Shown: positions 27,961 through 37,300, counted from the stretch's first letter. The stretch: DNA of 42,163 nucleotides from an uncultured Elusimicrobiales bacterium (GCA_944325235.1 CALUZE010000001.1:1-42163), one strand, 5' to 3'. Made by a program: numbers and translations. The notes: generated from the sequence alone by a model not told the origin.

Positions 27961-29982
27961 ATGAAGAAAATTGTCGTACCCGGGTGGATTAAAACCTATA
28001 TTCAATTCATCCTAGCCAACTGGGTATTTTTTATGTTGATGCGCGGAATTTTTCTGTTTGTATTCCGCACGGCGCTGCTGCCGCAAAATTACCACGAACT
28101 GTGGAAGACTTTCTACGTGGGCGCCAAGTTTGACTTGCGCCTGGCCTGTGCGGTAGCTATTTTGCTGGGGTTGTATTTCACCCTGTGCGCTTTCTGGAAG
28201 AAAGCCCGCTGCCTGCGCAAAGGCGTGGCCGTGCTGTACGGCGTGATAGAAGCGCTGGTGCTGCTGGTGTACTTTTGTGATTTTGCGCACTACTCCTATA
28301 TTTCCATGCGCATTAACTACTCCATTTTTAAATACGCCGAAAACGCCCTCATTTCCCTCCAAATGGCTTGGGAAACCTACCCGCTGGTGTGGGGCATTTT
28401 GGCACTGGTAGTGTGGGGCGTGCTGTGCGGTTGGTGGGTGAACCGCCTGCAGAAAAAAGCCTTCGCGCAGGAAGACAACTACCGCTGGAAAGGCAATTTG
28501 GGGTGGTTCTTCGTGGGGCTTTTGCTGACGGGTGCTTGTATGTTCGGCCAGCTGAGCCAATACCCGTTGCGCTGGAGCAACGCCTATCACTCTACGAATA
28601 ACTTCATCTGCAACCTGACGCTGAACCCGGTGCTGAATATCTACGATACGGCCCGCTTTGTAAAGGCCGACAGCTACGACGCCGAAAAAACGGCCCGGTA
28701 CTATGATGAAATTTCCCGCTACCTGGGTGTAGACAAACCCAACAAAGATACCCTGAATTTTGAACGCGTCATCGCCGCCAAACCGGCCGACCAGCAGAAA
28801 AATTACAATGTGGTGATTATCTTTATGGAATCGCTGGCGTGGAACAAAATTTCCATGACCAACCCGGATATTGACCCGACCCCGTTTGTAAAAGAACTGG
28901 CGGACAAATCCATTTTGTTTAATCACTTCTTTGCGCCTACCTCGGCCACGGCCCGCGCGGTGTTTGCCACCATCACGGGCATCCCGGACGTAACGTCCTT
29001 TAAAACCAGCTCCCGCAACCCGCTGATTGTGGACCAGCACGTGGTGGTCAACGCGCTGCGCGATTACGAAAAATACTTCTTTATCGGCGGCAGTGCCAGC
29101 TGGGGCAACATCCGCGGTATTTTGGAACATAACCTGACCGGCGTGCATATGTACGAAGAAGGCCACTTTAAAAACGAACACCGCAACGACGTGTGGGGTA
29201 TTTCCGACCTGGACCTGTTCCGCGAAGCCAACCGCATTTTAAACGAAGAACAGCAAAAGGAAAAGAAACCGTTCTTTGCCGTCATTCAAACGTCGGGCTA
29301 CCACCGCCCGTATACGATTCCGGACGACAACGCCGGCTTTGAACTCAAAGACATTGGCGAAGATTTGGCCCACAGACGCAGCTTTGTCAGCGTGGCGGAA
29401 TACAACTCGCTGCGATTCTCGGACCATGCGCTGCATGAATTCTTTAAGCTGGCCGAAAAATCCGATTACTATGACAACACGGTATTCTTTATCTTCGGCG
29501 ACCACGGTTTGTCGGCCCCGCAGTCAGAAAATATGCCGCGAGGATATGTGGAATTAAACTTGATTAACCACCAGATTCCGCTGATTATTGCGGGTAAACC
29601 GATTGAAAAACCGCAGGTGATTGAACGCACCGCCAGCCAGGTGGATATCCTGCCGATTGCCATGGGCCTTTTGGGCCGGCCGTACTTCACCCGCGCCATC
29701 GGGCGCGACGTGCTGAGCGACCCGTCCTTGGAGCCCGGTTCCCTGCTGTACGGTTGGGCCAGCTCGCCGGCTACCGTCGGTTTTGTGCAAGGGGAATACT
29801 ATTATTTAAGACAAGGCGACAAAGAAGGCCTTTACAAATACACGGCGGACAATTATAATGAAGATATCTCAAAACAAGACCCCAAACGTTTTGAACATAT
29901 GAAAAATATGGCGCTTGGGCTGTACGAGACTTCTCGCTATCAGTTCTATCACAACCAAAAACGCGACGAGCGTGACGATTAG
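27961..29982 (+). CDS. LTA synthase family / membrane sulfatase-like phosphotransferase
   Basis: Five N-terminal TMs; NVVIIFMES, Thr nucleophile region TSATARA, WGISD, HRPY, GDHG and SQVDI motifs; GGAGG RBS. Confidence 0.88.
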   Translation: MKKIVVPGWIKTYIQFILANWVFFMLMRGIFLFVFRTALLPQNYHELWKTFYVGAKFDLRLACAVAILLGLYFTLCAFWKKARCLRKGVAVLYGVIEALVLLVYFCDFAHYSYISMRINYSIFKYAENALISLQMAWETYPLVWGILALVVWGVLCGWWVNRLQKKAFAQEDNYRWKGNLGWFFVGLLLTGACMFGQLSQYPLRWSNAYHSTNNFICNLTLNPVLNIYDTARFVKADSYDAEKTARYYDEISRYLGVDKPNKDTLNFERVIAAKPADQQKNYNVVIIFMESLAWNKISMTNPDIDPTPFVKELADKSILFNHFFAPTSATARAVFATITGIPDVTSFKTSSRNPLIVDQHVVVNALRDYEKYFFIGGSASWGNIRGILEHNLTGVHMYEEGHFKNEHRNDVWGISDLDLFREANRILNEEQQKEKKPFFAVIQTSGYHRPYTIPDDNAGFELKDIGEDLAHRRSFVSVAEYNSLRFSDHALHEFFKLAEKSDYYDNTVFFIFGDHGLSAPQSENMPRGYVELNLINHQIPLIIAGKPIEKPQVIERTASQVDILPIAMGLLGRPYFTRAIGRDVLSDPSLEPGSLLYGWASSPATVGFVQGEYYYLRQGDKEGLYKYTADNYNEDISKQDPKRFEHMKNMALGLYETSRYQFYHNQKRDERDD

Positions 29983-29990
29983 GAGAGTAT

Positions 29991-30554
29991 ATGAACGGAC
30001 TTTGGATTGCAGTTTTATTAATTGTTGTTTTTGTGGTGTATGCCGTGTCGGTATACAACGGGTTTATTGCGCTTAAAAACCGGGTGAACGAAGCCTGGAG
30101 CGATATTGAAGTGCAAATGAAACGCCGCTACGATATGGTGCCCAACCTGGTGGAAACCGTAAAGGGCTACGCCAAGCACGAAGCCGGCACGCTGGAAAAA
30201 GTTATCCAGGCGCGCAATATGGCCATGGGCATGCATGAAAATATGAAGGAGATTTCCGAGTCCGAAAATATGCTTTCCGGGGCGCTGAAATCCATTTTTG
30301 CCCTGTCGGAAAACTACCCGGATTTAAAGGCCAACGCCAACTTTATGGAACTCCAGCGCGAACTGCGTGACACGGAGGACAAACTCCAGGCCGCCCGCCG
30401 CTTTTACAACGGCAACGTGCTGGCCTACAACACCAAGGTGGAAATGTTCCCCAGCAACATCGTGGCTTCCATGTTCCATTTTGACAAGCGCGATTTCTTT
30501 GAACTTGCAGAAGATGAACAGGCGGCCCGCGACGCGGTGAAAGTGCAGTTCTAA
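29991..30554 (+). CDS. lemA: LemA family protein
   Basis: AWSDIEVQMKRRYDMVPNLV, ENYPDLKAN and ARRFYN motifs. Confidence 0.95.
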   Translation: MNGLWIAVLLIVVFVVYAVSVYNGFIALKNRVNEAWSDIEVQMKRRYDMVPNLVETVKGYAKHEAGTLEKVIQARNMAMGMHENMKEISESENMLSGALKSIFALSENYPDLKANANFMELQRELRDTEDKLQAARRFYNGNVLAYNTKVEMFPSNIVASMFHFDKRDFFELAEDEQAARDAVKVQF

Positions 30555-30562
30555 CCTTCCTT

Positions 30563-31576
30563 ATGGCTACGATTTACGACCATATTGAACAAAACAAGCG
30601 GCGCACCTGGCTGCTTGTTTTGTTGTTTCCGCTGACGTTTGCCGCACTTGGATATGTGTTTTTGCTGGGGTGGATGCATTTTTCTACGGCCCATTACCGC
30701 TACGACGCCCAACAAGACGCCTACTACCAGGTGTACGAGGCCGAGGAACCCAATATATGGGTAAAAGCCAACGAGCGGGCCGTGCAGGTGCTGCCGTGGC
30801 TGTGGGCGGCGGCCGTGCTGTGGATTATCGTTGCGTATTATGGCGGAAGCTCGTGGCTGATTAGCTCCGTGCACGGCATAGAAATCCACCGCGAGGACCA
30901 ACCCGAAATTTACCGGCTGGTGGAAAATTTGTGCATTGCCCAGGGCTTGCCCATGCCGCGGATTTACATTATTGACGACAACTCGCTAAACGCGTTTGCC
31001 ACCGGGCGGGACCCGGAACACGCGTCCATCGCGCTGACGAAAGGCATCGTGCTGAAGCTGGAACGGGCGGAACTGGAAGGCGTGATTGCGCACGAACTTT
31101 CGCACATTCAAAACCGCGATATCCGCCTGATGCTCATTACCGTGGCGGGGATTTCCTTTTTTACGTTTCTGTCGGAAATGTGCTTTCGGATAGGACTTTC
31201 CAGCGGCAACAGCAGCGGGAAAAACAAAGGTGCGGCGGCGTTATTCTTTTTTGCGCTGGGCGTCTTTTTGGCCATTTACGGCTACTTGATTGCGCCGCTG
31301 ATTCGGCTGGCCGTGTCGCGCGTGCGCGAATACCAGGCCGACGCTTCCGCCGCGCTCATGACGCGCCACCCGGCCGCATTGGCCAGTGCCCTGCAAAAAA
31401 TCAGTGTGGACCCGCGGGTGGAAGTGCTGGACGAACACGCCAGTATGTCGGCCATGTGCATTGCCAACCCGTTGGCGAAAGGCACCCTCTTTACGGCAAT
31501 ATCCGGGCTGTTTGCCACGCACCCGCCCATAGAGGAGCGCATTGCCGCCCTGCGGGATATGGACGGCCGCATTTAA
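30563..31576 (+). CDS. htpX: M48 family zinc metalloprotease HtpX
   Basis: NAFATGR, AHELSH, SRVREYQAD and FATHPPIEERI motifs; follows lemA. Confidence 0.92.
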   Translation: MATIYDHIEQNKRRTWLLVLLFPLTFAALGYVFLLGWMHFSTAHYRYDAQQDAYYQVYEAEEPNIWVKANERAVQVLPWLWAAAVLWIIVAYYGGSSWLISSVHGIEIHREDQPEIYRLVENLCIAQGLPMPRIYIIDDNSLNAFATGRDPEHASIALTKGIVLKLERAELEGVIAHELSHIQNRDIRLMLITVAGISFFTFLSEMCFRIGLSSGNSSGKNKGAAALFFFALGVFLAIYGYLIAPLIRLAVSRVREYQADASAALMTRHPAALASALQKISVDPRVEVLDEHASMSAMCIANPLAKGTLFTAISGLFATHPPIEERIAALRDMDGRI

Positions 31577-31606
31577 GGCGAATGCGTTTAATACACAATA
31601 CATATC

Positions 31607-31642
31607 AAAACCCCCGGTTCCGTTTGGAAACCGGGGGTTTTT
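31607..31642. terminator. Bidirectional intrinsic terminator
   Basis: AAAACCCCCGGTT...AACCGGGGGTTTT. Confidence 0.88.
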
Positions 31643-31654
31643 GTCAGACGTAAA

Positions 31655-32194
31655 TTATTCCATTACTTTTTCCAGGCTGGGGTCAAAGTCAAAGTATTCA
31701 TACGGCTCCAGTTCAAACATTTTGGCCAGCAGGTTCAGCGGGATAACGCCCGTAATGGTGTTGAAATCGCGCGCGGCGCTGTTGTATTTTTTCTTGGAGT
31801 TTTGCACTTTGCTTTCGGCATGGATGATACTGCGCTGGAGTTTTAAGAAATGTTCGTCGTTTTTCAGTTCCGGGTGGTGCATGGCGGCGGTAAAAACTTT
31901 TTTGAACTTTTGGGTGATATCGTTTTCCAGCCGCACGCGCTCTTGCAGAGAGGCCGTTTGACGGCAGGCGTCTTTAAGGTTGGAAAGTTCGTAAATAAAC
32001 GAGCGTTCCAGTTCGTTAAATGACGCAGCCGACAAAGCCAGGCTGGGGATAAGTTCCGCGCGGTTCTTCATATTGTTGTCCAGCTGTTGCCACGCCCGCG
32101 CGGCGGCTTTGTTAAGCGCTACAAATTTGGCATAAGCAAACATCAGCAGCACTACCAGCATACACATCGCCCCAAACAAGAACCAAATCACCAT
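31655..32194 (-). CDS. Divergent LemA family protein
   Basis: N-terminal TM; AWQQLD..MKNRAELIP, HPELK and KKYN...FN...PLNLLAKMF. Confidence 0.82.
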   Translation of the reverse strand: MVIWFLFGAMCMLVVLLMFAYAKFVALNKAAARAWQQLDNNMKNRAELIPSLALSAASFNELERSFIYELSNLKDACRQTASLQERVRLENDITQKFKKVFTAAMHHPELKNDEHFLKLQRSIIHAESKVQNSKKKYNSAARDFNTITGVIPLNLLAKMFELEPYEYFDFDPSLEKVME

Positions 32195-32397
32195 ATTTCA
32201 TCCTCCCGGTTGACGAACGAACCTATTATAATTACAATGAAAGTAGCGGTTTAGCTACTAAAAGTATAGATATTAACCCGAAAGAAATCAAGAACCGCCG
32301 GGCGGCACGTTCTGCGCCGCGGGTTAATAGATGGTTTCTTATGTTGTGCCGGCAACAGCCGGGATTGTAGTTCTTAAAATTCCAAACGGAGGGTTCC

Positions 32398-33996
32398 ATG
32401 TTACTAACGATATCGTCGTTTGTCGGGTTTACGGCGCTCGTACTGGGGTTGTCGTATTACTTGACGAGAAAGAAAGACGCAACTTCCTCGGAAGGCTATT
32501 TCTTGGCCGGAAGAGGACTGACGGGCTGGGTGATTGCGGCCTCGCTATTGCTGACCAACTTGTCTACTGAACAGATGGTGGGCTTAAACGGACAGGGATA
32601 TATGTTCAATATGTCGGGGATTGGCTACGAACTGGGCGCTTCACTGGCGTTAATCATCGTGGCGTTTTTCTTCCTGCCCCGGTATTTAAAAAAAGGTTAC
32701 GCTACCATTCCGGATTTTGTGGGGGACCGGTACGATTCCGCGACTAAGCAGTTTGTAAACTTCTTGTTCCTGGCGGGATATGTGCTGATTTTGCTGCCCA
32801 CGGTGCTGTATTCCGGCGCTATCGGGATGGGCGGTATTTTTAACATTATGGATACCTTCGGCCTGTCTGAAATGACGGCCATTATTATTGTGGTAGTGGC
32901 CATTGGCGTGCTGGGCTGCTTGTATACCATTTTCGGCGGGCTGCGCATTATGGCCATTGCCGATACGCTCAACGGTATCGGGTTGATTTTCGGCGGATTA
33001 ATGGTGCCGCTGTTTGCCTTGGCGTATGTGGGCGGCGGCGATATTTTGGGCGGATTGACGGAAGTGGTCCGTTCCCATCCGGAAAAATTCAATGCTATCG
33101 GCGGCCCGAACGACCCCGTTCCGTTTGCCACAATGTTTACGGGGATGTTTTTAGTCAACTTGTTCTACTGGGGCTGCAACCAGACAATTATTCAGCGCGC
33201 GCTGGCGGCCAAAAACTTGAAAGAAGGCCAGAAAGGGTTGTTCCTGGCGGCCATCTTTAAGTTAATCGGCCCCATTTATCTCATCATTCCGGGGATTGTG
33301 GCGTTCCATATCTTCCAGGATAATCCGCTGAAAGTGGGCGATATGGCCTACCCGATGCTGGTAAATAAAGTACTGCCTTTCTACCTGATCGGTTTCTTTG
33401 CGGCGGTGTTGTTCGGCGCCATTTTGAGTTCGTTTAACGCGGCGCTGAACTCCACGTCCACGCTGTTTATGTTAAACGTCTATAAGCCGCTTATCAAACC
33501 GACCGCTACGGACGAAGAACTGGTGACCAAAGGCAAATACGTGGGCATTTTGCTGGCCATTTTCTCTATGTGTGTGGCTCCGCTGATTGCCATGGCGCCT
33601 TCGGGTTTGTTTAACTACCTGCAAATGGTAAACGGTTTTTACAACGTGCCGATTTTCACGCTGATTATCTTCGGTATGCTTAACAAAACCGCCCCGGCGT
33701 GGTCTGCCAAAGTGACATTGATTTTCTTTATGGTGGGCTACGGGCTGACCCAGCTGGGGGTGATTAAAACCAACATCCACTTCCTGCATATTTTGGCCAT
33801 CTTGTTTGTGATTTCGGTGGTATTTATGTACATTACCGGCAAACTGTGGCCGGCCAAAAACCGCTATGACGACGGCAAGGATTTGAACATTGTAGATACG
33901 ACGCCGTGGAACTTGCGCTTTACGGTGAGTATTGCCATTATTCTGTGCGTGTTTGGGTTGTATGTGCTGTTCTCCAAAGCGGGGATAGCGGCCTAA
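32398..33996 (+). CDS. Sodium:solute symporter (SSS, YidK-like sugar transporter)
   Basis: GYFLAGRGL, SLLLTNLSTEQMVG, YWGCNQTIIQRAL and AILSSFN motifs; GGAGG RBS. Confidence 0.92.
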   Translation: MLLTISSFVGFTALVLGLSYYLTRKKDATSSEGYFLAGRGLTGWVIAASLLLTNLSTEQMVGLNGQGYMFNMSGIGYELGASLALIIVAFFFLPRYLKKGYATIPDFVGDRYDSATKQFVNFLFLAGYVLILLPTVLYSGAIGMGGIFNIMDTFGLSEMTAIIIVVVAIGVLGCLYTIFGGLRIMAIADTLNGIGLIFGGLMVPLFALAYVGGGDILGGLTEVVRSHPEKFNAIGGPNDPVPFATMFTGMFLVNLFYWGCNQTIIQRALAAKNLKEGQKGLFLAAIFKLIGPIYLIIPGIVAFHIFQDNPLKVGDMAYPMLVNKVLPFYLIGFFAAVLFGAILSSFNAALNSTSTLFMLNVYKPLIKPTATDEELVTKGKYVGILLAIFSMCVAPLIAMAPSGLFNYLQMVNGFYNVPIFTLIIFGMLNKTAPAWSAKVTLIFFMVGYGLTQLGVIKTNIHFLHILAILFVISVVFMYITGKLWPAKNRYDDGKDLNIVDTTPWNLRFTVSIAIILCVFGLYVLFSKAGIAA

Positions 33997-34013
33997 AAAA
34001 GTTTGTGGCGTAT

Positions 34014-34043
34014 AACGGGCGGAAAATTTTCCGCCCGTTTTTT
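34014..34043 (+). terminator. Intrinsic terminator
   Basis: AACGGGCGGAA...TTCCGCCCGTTTTT. Confidence 0.85.
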
Positions 34044-34093
34044 GTTGCCTCGGGGGAAAACTTGTTATAATAACTACACGGAGGGAACCCTTT

Positions 34094-34957
34094 ATGAACG
34101 AAAACCGCATTAACATTATGGGGCCGGATATCCCCGTTGCGCCGCAGCCGGCCGCACCCGAAGAACCCAAGGTGGAATATGCCTCGGTTCCGGAACGGTT
34201 TGTAGCGCTGCTGATTGATTACGGCGTGGTGTTTATCCCGGTGAGCCTGATTTTGTGGGTCTATTTAAAGATTTCCGGCCCGTTAGACGGCATTTGGCCG
34301 CCGCTTTTTTTGCTGCTGGGCCTGAACTTTTTGTTTGTGTTGTACGAAGCCGTTTTTTCGTGCGGGGACCGGGTGACCCTGGGCAAATCTCTGGTGGGGA
34401 TTGCCGTGATGAAAGCCGATTTAAGCGGCCCGATTTCCTTCCCGCGGGCGTTTTTGCGGGCGATCGGGTACTATGTCAGCGCACTGTTGCTGATGTGCGG
34501 GTTCCTGCTGGCGTTTTTTGACGACCGCCGCCGCGCACTGCAAGACCACTTGGGCGGCAGCGTGGTCGTGCGGGTGCGTGCCACCTTGTGGGGGGAACGC
34601 GTCGGCGTTCAGTTCGTGGGTGCGTTGTTGCTGGTCGCGTTCGGCTGGGTGTTTTACGATCAGGTGCTGGGCGGCGGTTCTTTAACCCAACAAGCCTATA
34701 TCCGCCAAGCCGAAAAACAGCTTAGAAACATCGCCTTGCTGGAAGAAGCCCACTATAATCGTTACGGACATTACACCAACGATTTGCTGCGCTTGTCGCT
34801 TTTATCCGGCGACCCGGTGCAATTCCAGCGGGATACGCAAAAAGTGCTGTACCACAAAGGGTTTAAAATCGGCGTACAGGGCGATACGTACAAAATTTCC
34901 GCCCGTGCGCAAGACGCCGGGCATACGCCGGTGTATTTTGCGCCGCGGCAGCCGTAA
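34094..34957 (+). CDS. RDD family membrane protein with C-terminal pilin-like extension
   Basis: RFVALLID, TLGK, RAFLR and RRALQD RDD motifs, then a TM and a LRNIALLEEAHY...Y segment. Confidence 0.8.
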   Translation: MNENRINIMGPDIPVAPQPAAPEEPKVEYASVPERFVALLIDYGVVFIPVSLILWVYLKISGPLDGIWPPLFLLLGLNFLFVLYEAVFSCGDRVTLGKSLVGIAVMKADLSGPISFPRAFLRAIGYYVSALLLMCGFLLAFFDDRRRALQDHLGGSVVVRVRATLWGERVGVQFVGALLLVAFGWVFYDQVLGGGSLTQQAYIRQAEKQLRNIALLEEAHYNRYGHYTNDLLRLSLLSGDPVQFQRDTQKVLYHKGFKIGVQGDTYKISARAQDAGHTPVYFAPRQP

Positions 34958-34977
34958 GAGGTACATTGGTTTTATAG

Positions 34978-35005
34978 AACCGGGCCCTAAAAGGCCCGGT
35001 TTTTT
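34978..35005 (+). terminator. Intrinsic terminator
   Basis: AACCGGGCC...GGCCCGGTTTTTT. Confidence 0.82.
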
Positions 35006-35179
35006 ATGAGTTTTTTCAGGGAATGGTCCGTTTATAGCGGGCCGGAAATTTGCTTTGCCTCGGGCTGCCGCCGTGCCACACGGGGTGCGTGTCAAACGAA
35101 CTGTATCGGCGGGCAAAAGGCCAATAGAAAAGCGGCTCTTGTGTGGCAAAAGCAATTCCCGCCACCCGATTGCCCCAAT

Positions 35180-35210
35180 AAAAAACCCCGCTTGGATAAG
35201 CGAGGTTTTT
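35180..35210 (-). terminator. Intrinsic terminator of psd-pssA
   Basis: AAAAAACCCCGCTT...AAGCGAGGTTTTT. Confidence 0.75.
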
Positions 35211-35227
35211 GGTTGCAACAGTTAAAA

Positions 35228-36040
35228 CTATTTTTCCACTTTGATGCCGCGGAATGCCCGGTACAATACGGCCAACAGCCCGAAAATGACGTACAGGGAA
35301 AATACGATGAAGATGACGTCCTGCGGGAATCGGATTAACATCACGACCAAAATCACCAACAAGAGCAGCATCCAAATGCTCAGGCGTTTTTCGCGTTTGG
35401 CTTTAAAGGCCGCATACGGAATATTGGATACCATCAGCAAGGACAAAATCAACATCGCAAACCAGACGAAGTTGTACAGGTGCGGCAGGTAAATCGTCAG
35501 CAGGTGAATGTTGCGCCCGGCGATGTCGCCTTCCATAATGCAGTAGGAAATGGCAAACGAGGCCAAAAGCGCCGCCGGCGCCGGAACGGGCAGCCCGGAG
35601 AAGTATTTTTTAGAGCCTTCCCCCGCGTGGGCCATCGCGTTGAATTTAGCCAAGCGCAATACGCCGAAGCACGTATATACGCACGCAATCGGCGCGCCCC
35701 ACAGCGGCTGCAGGTGGAGCACAAAGAAATACATCAAAAAAGCCGGCGCGGCACAGAACGAAACCGTATCCGCCAGCGAATCCATTTCCACGCCAAAATC
35801 GCTTTCGGCGTCCAGCAGGCGGGCGATGCGCCCGTCAAACATATCAAATACGGCTGCAGCCAAAATCAGCCAGCCGGCCTGCACAAAATTGCCGCGTGCA
35901 GACGCCAAAATAGAGAAAAATCCGCAGGCTAAATTGCCCAGCGTAAACAAGGAGGGCGCCGTCATGGCACCGGTGTGTTTAAGTTTTTCTACGACTTTGG
36001 TTTCTTTGTTTTCTTCTTGCATAAAAGCCTCTATTTCCAC
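35228..36040 (-). CDS. pssA: CDP-diacylglycerol--serine O-phosphatidyltransferase (start may be ATG at 36022)
   Basis: DMFDGRIAR...G.EMDSLAD CDP-alcohol phosphotransferase motif, RLAKFN and FSGLPVP; follows psd. Confidence 0.93.
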   Translation of the reverse strand: MEIEAFMQEENKETKVVEKLKHTGAMTAPSLFTLGNLACGFFSILASARGNFVQAGWLILAAAVFDMFDGRIARLLDAESDFGVEMDSLADTVSFCAAPAFLMYFFVLHLQPLWGAPIACVYTCFGVLRLAKFNAMAHAGEGSKKYFSGLPVPAPAALLASFAISYCIMEGDIAGRNIHLLTIYLPHLYNFVWFAMLILSLLMVSNIPYAAFKAKREKRLSIWMLLLLVILVVMLIRFPQDVIFIVFSLYVIFGLLAVLYRAFRGIKVEK

Positions 36041-36699
36041 AGCCCCAATACGGTAATGCCGCCCTGCACTTTTTGGCCTTCTTTCACCAAAATGCGCACG
36101 GCTTTTTTGGGCAGATATACCGCCACTTGCGAGCCAAAGCGAACCAGCCCCAAGTGCCCGCCGATTTTAATTTCCTGCTGGGGTTTCACCCAGCATTCAA
36201 TGCGCCGGGCAATCGCGCCGGTGATTTGTTCCACGTGGGCGAATTTGGCCGGGTCGCCGTTTTTAAAAAGCTGAATCAGGTTGCGTTCGTTTTTGTCGGC
36301 GGCGGGGTTGTTGGCAAACAGGAAGGTGCCTTTGTGGTAAAAAATTTCACCCGTTTTGCCGCTTACGGTAGAGCGTTGGATGTGCACGTCAAAAATGGAC
36401 AGGAAAATGCGGATGACGACCGAGTTGGGGTCGTCTTCCGTTTTGATGGAAAGGACGGTGCCGTCCGCCGGGCAGGCGATTTCGTCATCGGCGAACACGG
36501 TGTCGCGCTTTGGGTCGCGGAAGAAAAACGCGCAGAAACAGCCGGCCAGCAAGCACAGCACGCCCAGCGTGCGCAGGTCCAGGAACAAAAGTACCGCCGC
36601 GGCAGCCACCGCGATGGCAAAGAATTTAAGCCCTAAAGGCAAAACGGTATTAACCCAATCAAAACATTTGGTAAGGGTGCGGGTGATGTCTTCTAACAT
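36031..36699 (-). CDS. psd: Phosphatidylserine decarboxylase proenzyme
   Basis: FFRDPKR, PADG, IFLSIFDVH, GAIARRI and RFGS self-cleavage motif. Confidence 0.93.
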   Translation of the reverse strand: MLEDITRTLTKCFDWVNTVLPLGLKFFAIAVAAAAVLLFLDLRTLGVLCLLAGCFCAFFFRDPKRDTVFADDEIACPADGTVLSIKTEDDPNSVVIRIFLSIFDVHIQRSTVSGKTGEIFYHKGTFLFANNPAADKNERNLIQLFKNGDPAKFAHVEQITGAIARRIECWVKPQQEIKIGGHLGLVRFGSQVAVYLPKKAVRILVKEGQKVQGGITVLGLWK

Positions 36700-36743
36700 A
36701 ATAATTTACTGGTGGGTTTGATTGAATGGCAGGAAATTGTAAG

Positions 36744-36826
36744 TGGGCAGGGGGGGACTTGAACCCCCACGACCTTGCGGTCAACAGATTTTAAGTCTGT
36801 CGCGTCTGCCATTCCGCCACCAGCCC
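36744..36826 (-). tRNA. tRNA-Leu(TAA)
   Basis: Reverse complement GGGCTGGTGGCGGAATGGCAGACGC...ACAGA-CTTAAAA-TCTGT, long variable arm, TTCAAGT T-loop; CCA not encoded. Confidence 0.95.
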
Positions 36827-36889
36827 TCTTATGCAATTATTTTAACAAAAAATCACGACCTTTGCACTGTTTTTATGCAAGGGGGCAAA

Positions 36890-37300
36890 TTACTTATCAA
36901 ACGTTTTCAGCCCGTTATAAAACTTCCGGCAGAAAAGCGTCTTTACCCCCAGGCTTTTTAGGGCTTCTTGCAGTTGGCGGTCGTCCGTTACGGCAATCAC
37001 GCGCGTGCCGCTTTGGTTCAAAAAATCGGCGCGTTCGTAGATGATTTGGTCGGCCGAGTCCTCCTCCGAAAACGAAATATGCACTCCGCCGCGGTACAGC
37101 GGACCAATCGGGCGGAAGGACCCGTCAAAAATCACCTCGTACTGGTGCATAGAGTAGTGCTCATCTTGCGAGATTTCGCTTAAAAAATCAAGGAAATCCG
37201 CCGTTACTTCTTCTTCCGAACGGGCAAATTCATACAAAAAGCTGCGTACCAGGTTCAGCCCGTCAATCAAGTACACAGTCGGTTTGGTGGTCAGATACAT
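36890..37300 (-). CDS. NYN domain ribonuclease, YacP/Rae1-like
   Basis: YLIDGLN, VIFDG, SADQII and VTDDRQL motifs. Confidence 0.82.
   Translation of the reverse strand: MYLTTKPTVYLIDGLNLVRSFLYEFARSEEEVTADFLDFLSEISQDEHYSMHQYEVIFDGSFRPIGPLYRGGVHISFSEEDSADQIIYERADFLNQSGTRVIAVTDDRQLQEALKSLGVKTLFCRKFYNGLKTFDK

Noticed and set aside
28012-29181. Long antisense ORF (389 aa) and similar shadow ORFs elsewhere
   Set aside because: They lie opposite well-supported genes, lack motifs, and are expected from GC-rich codon bias.
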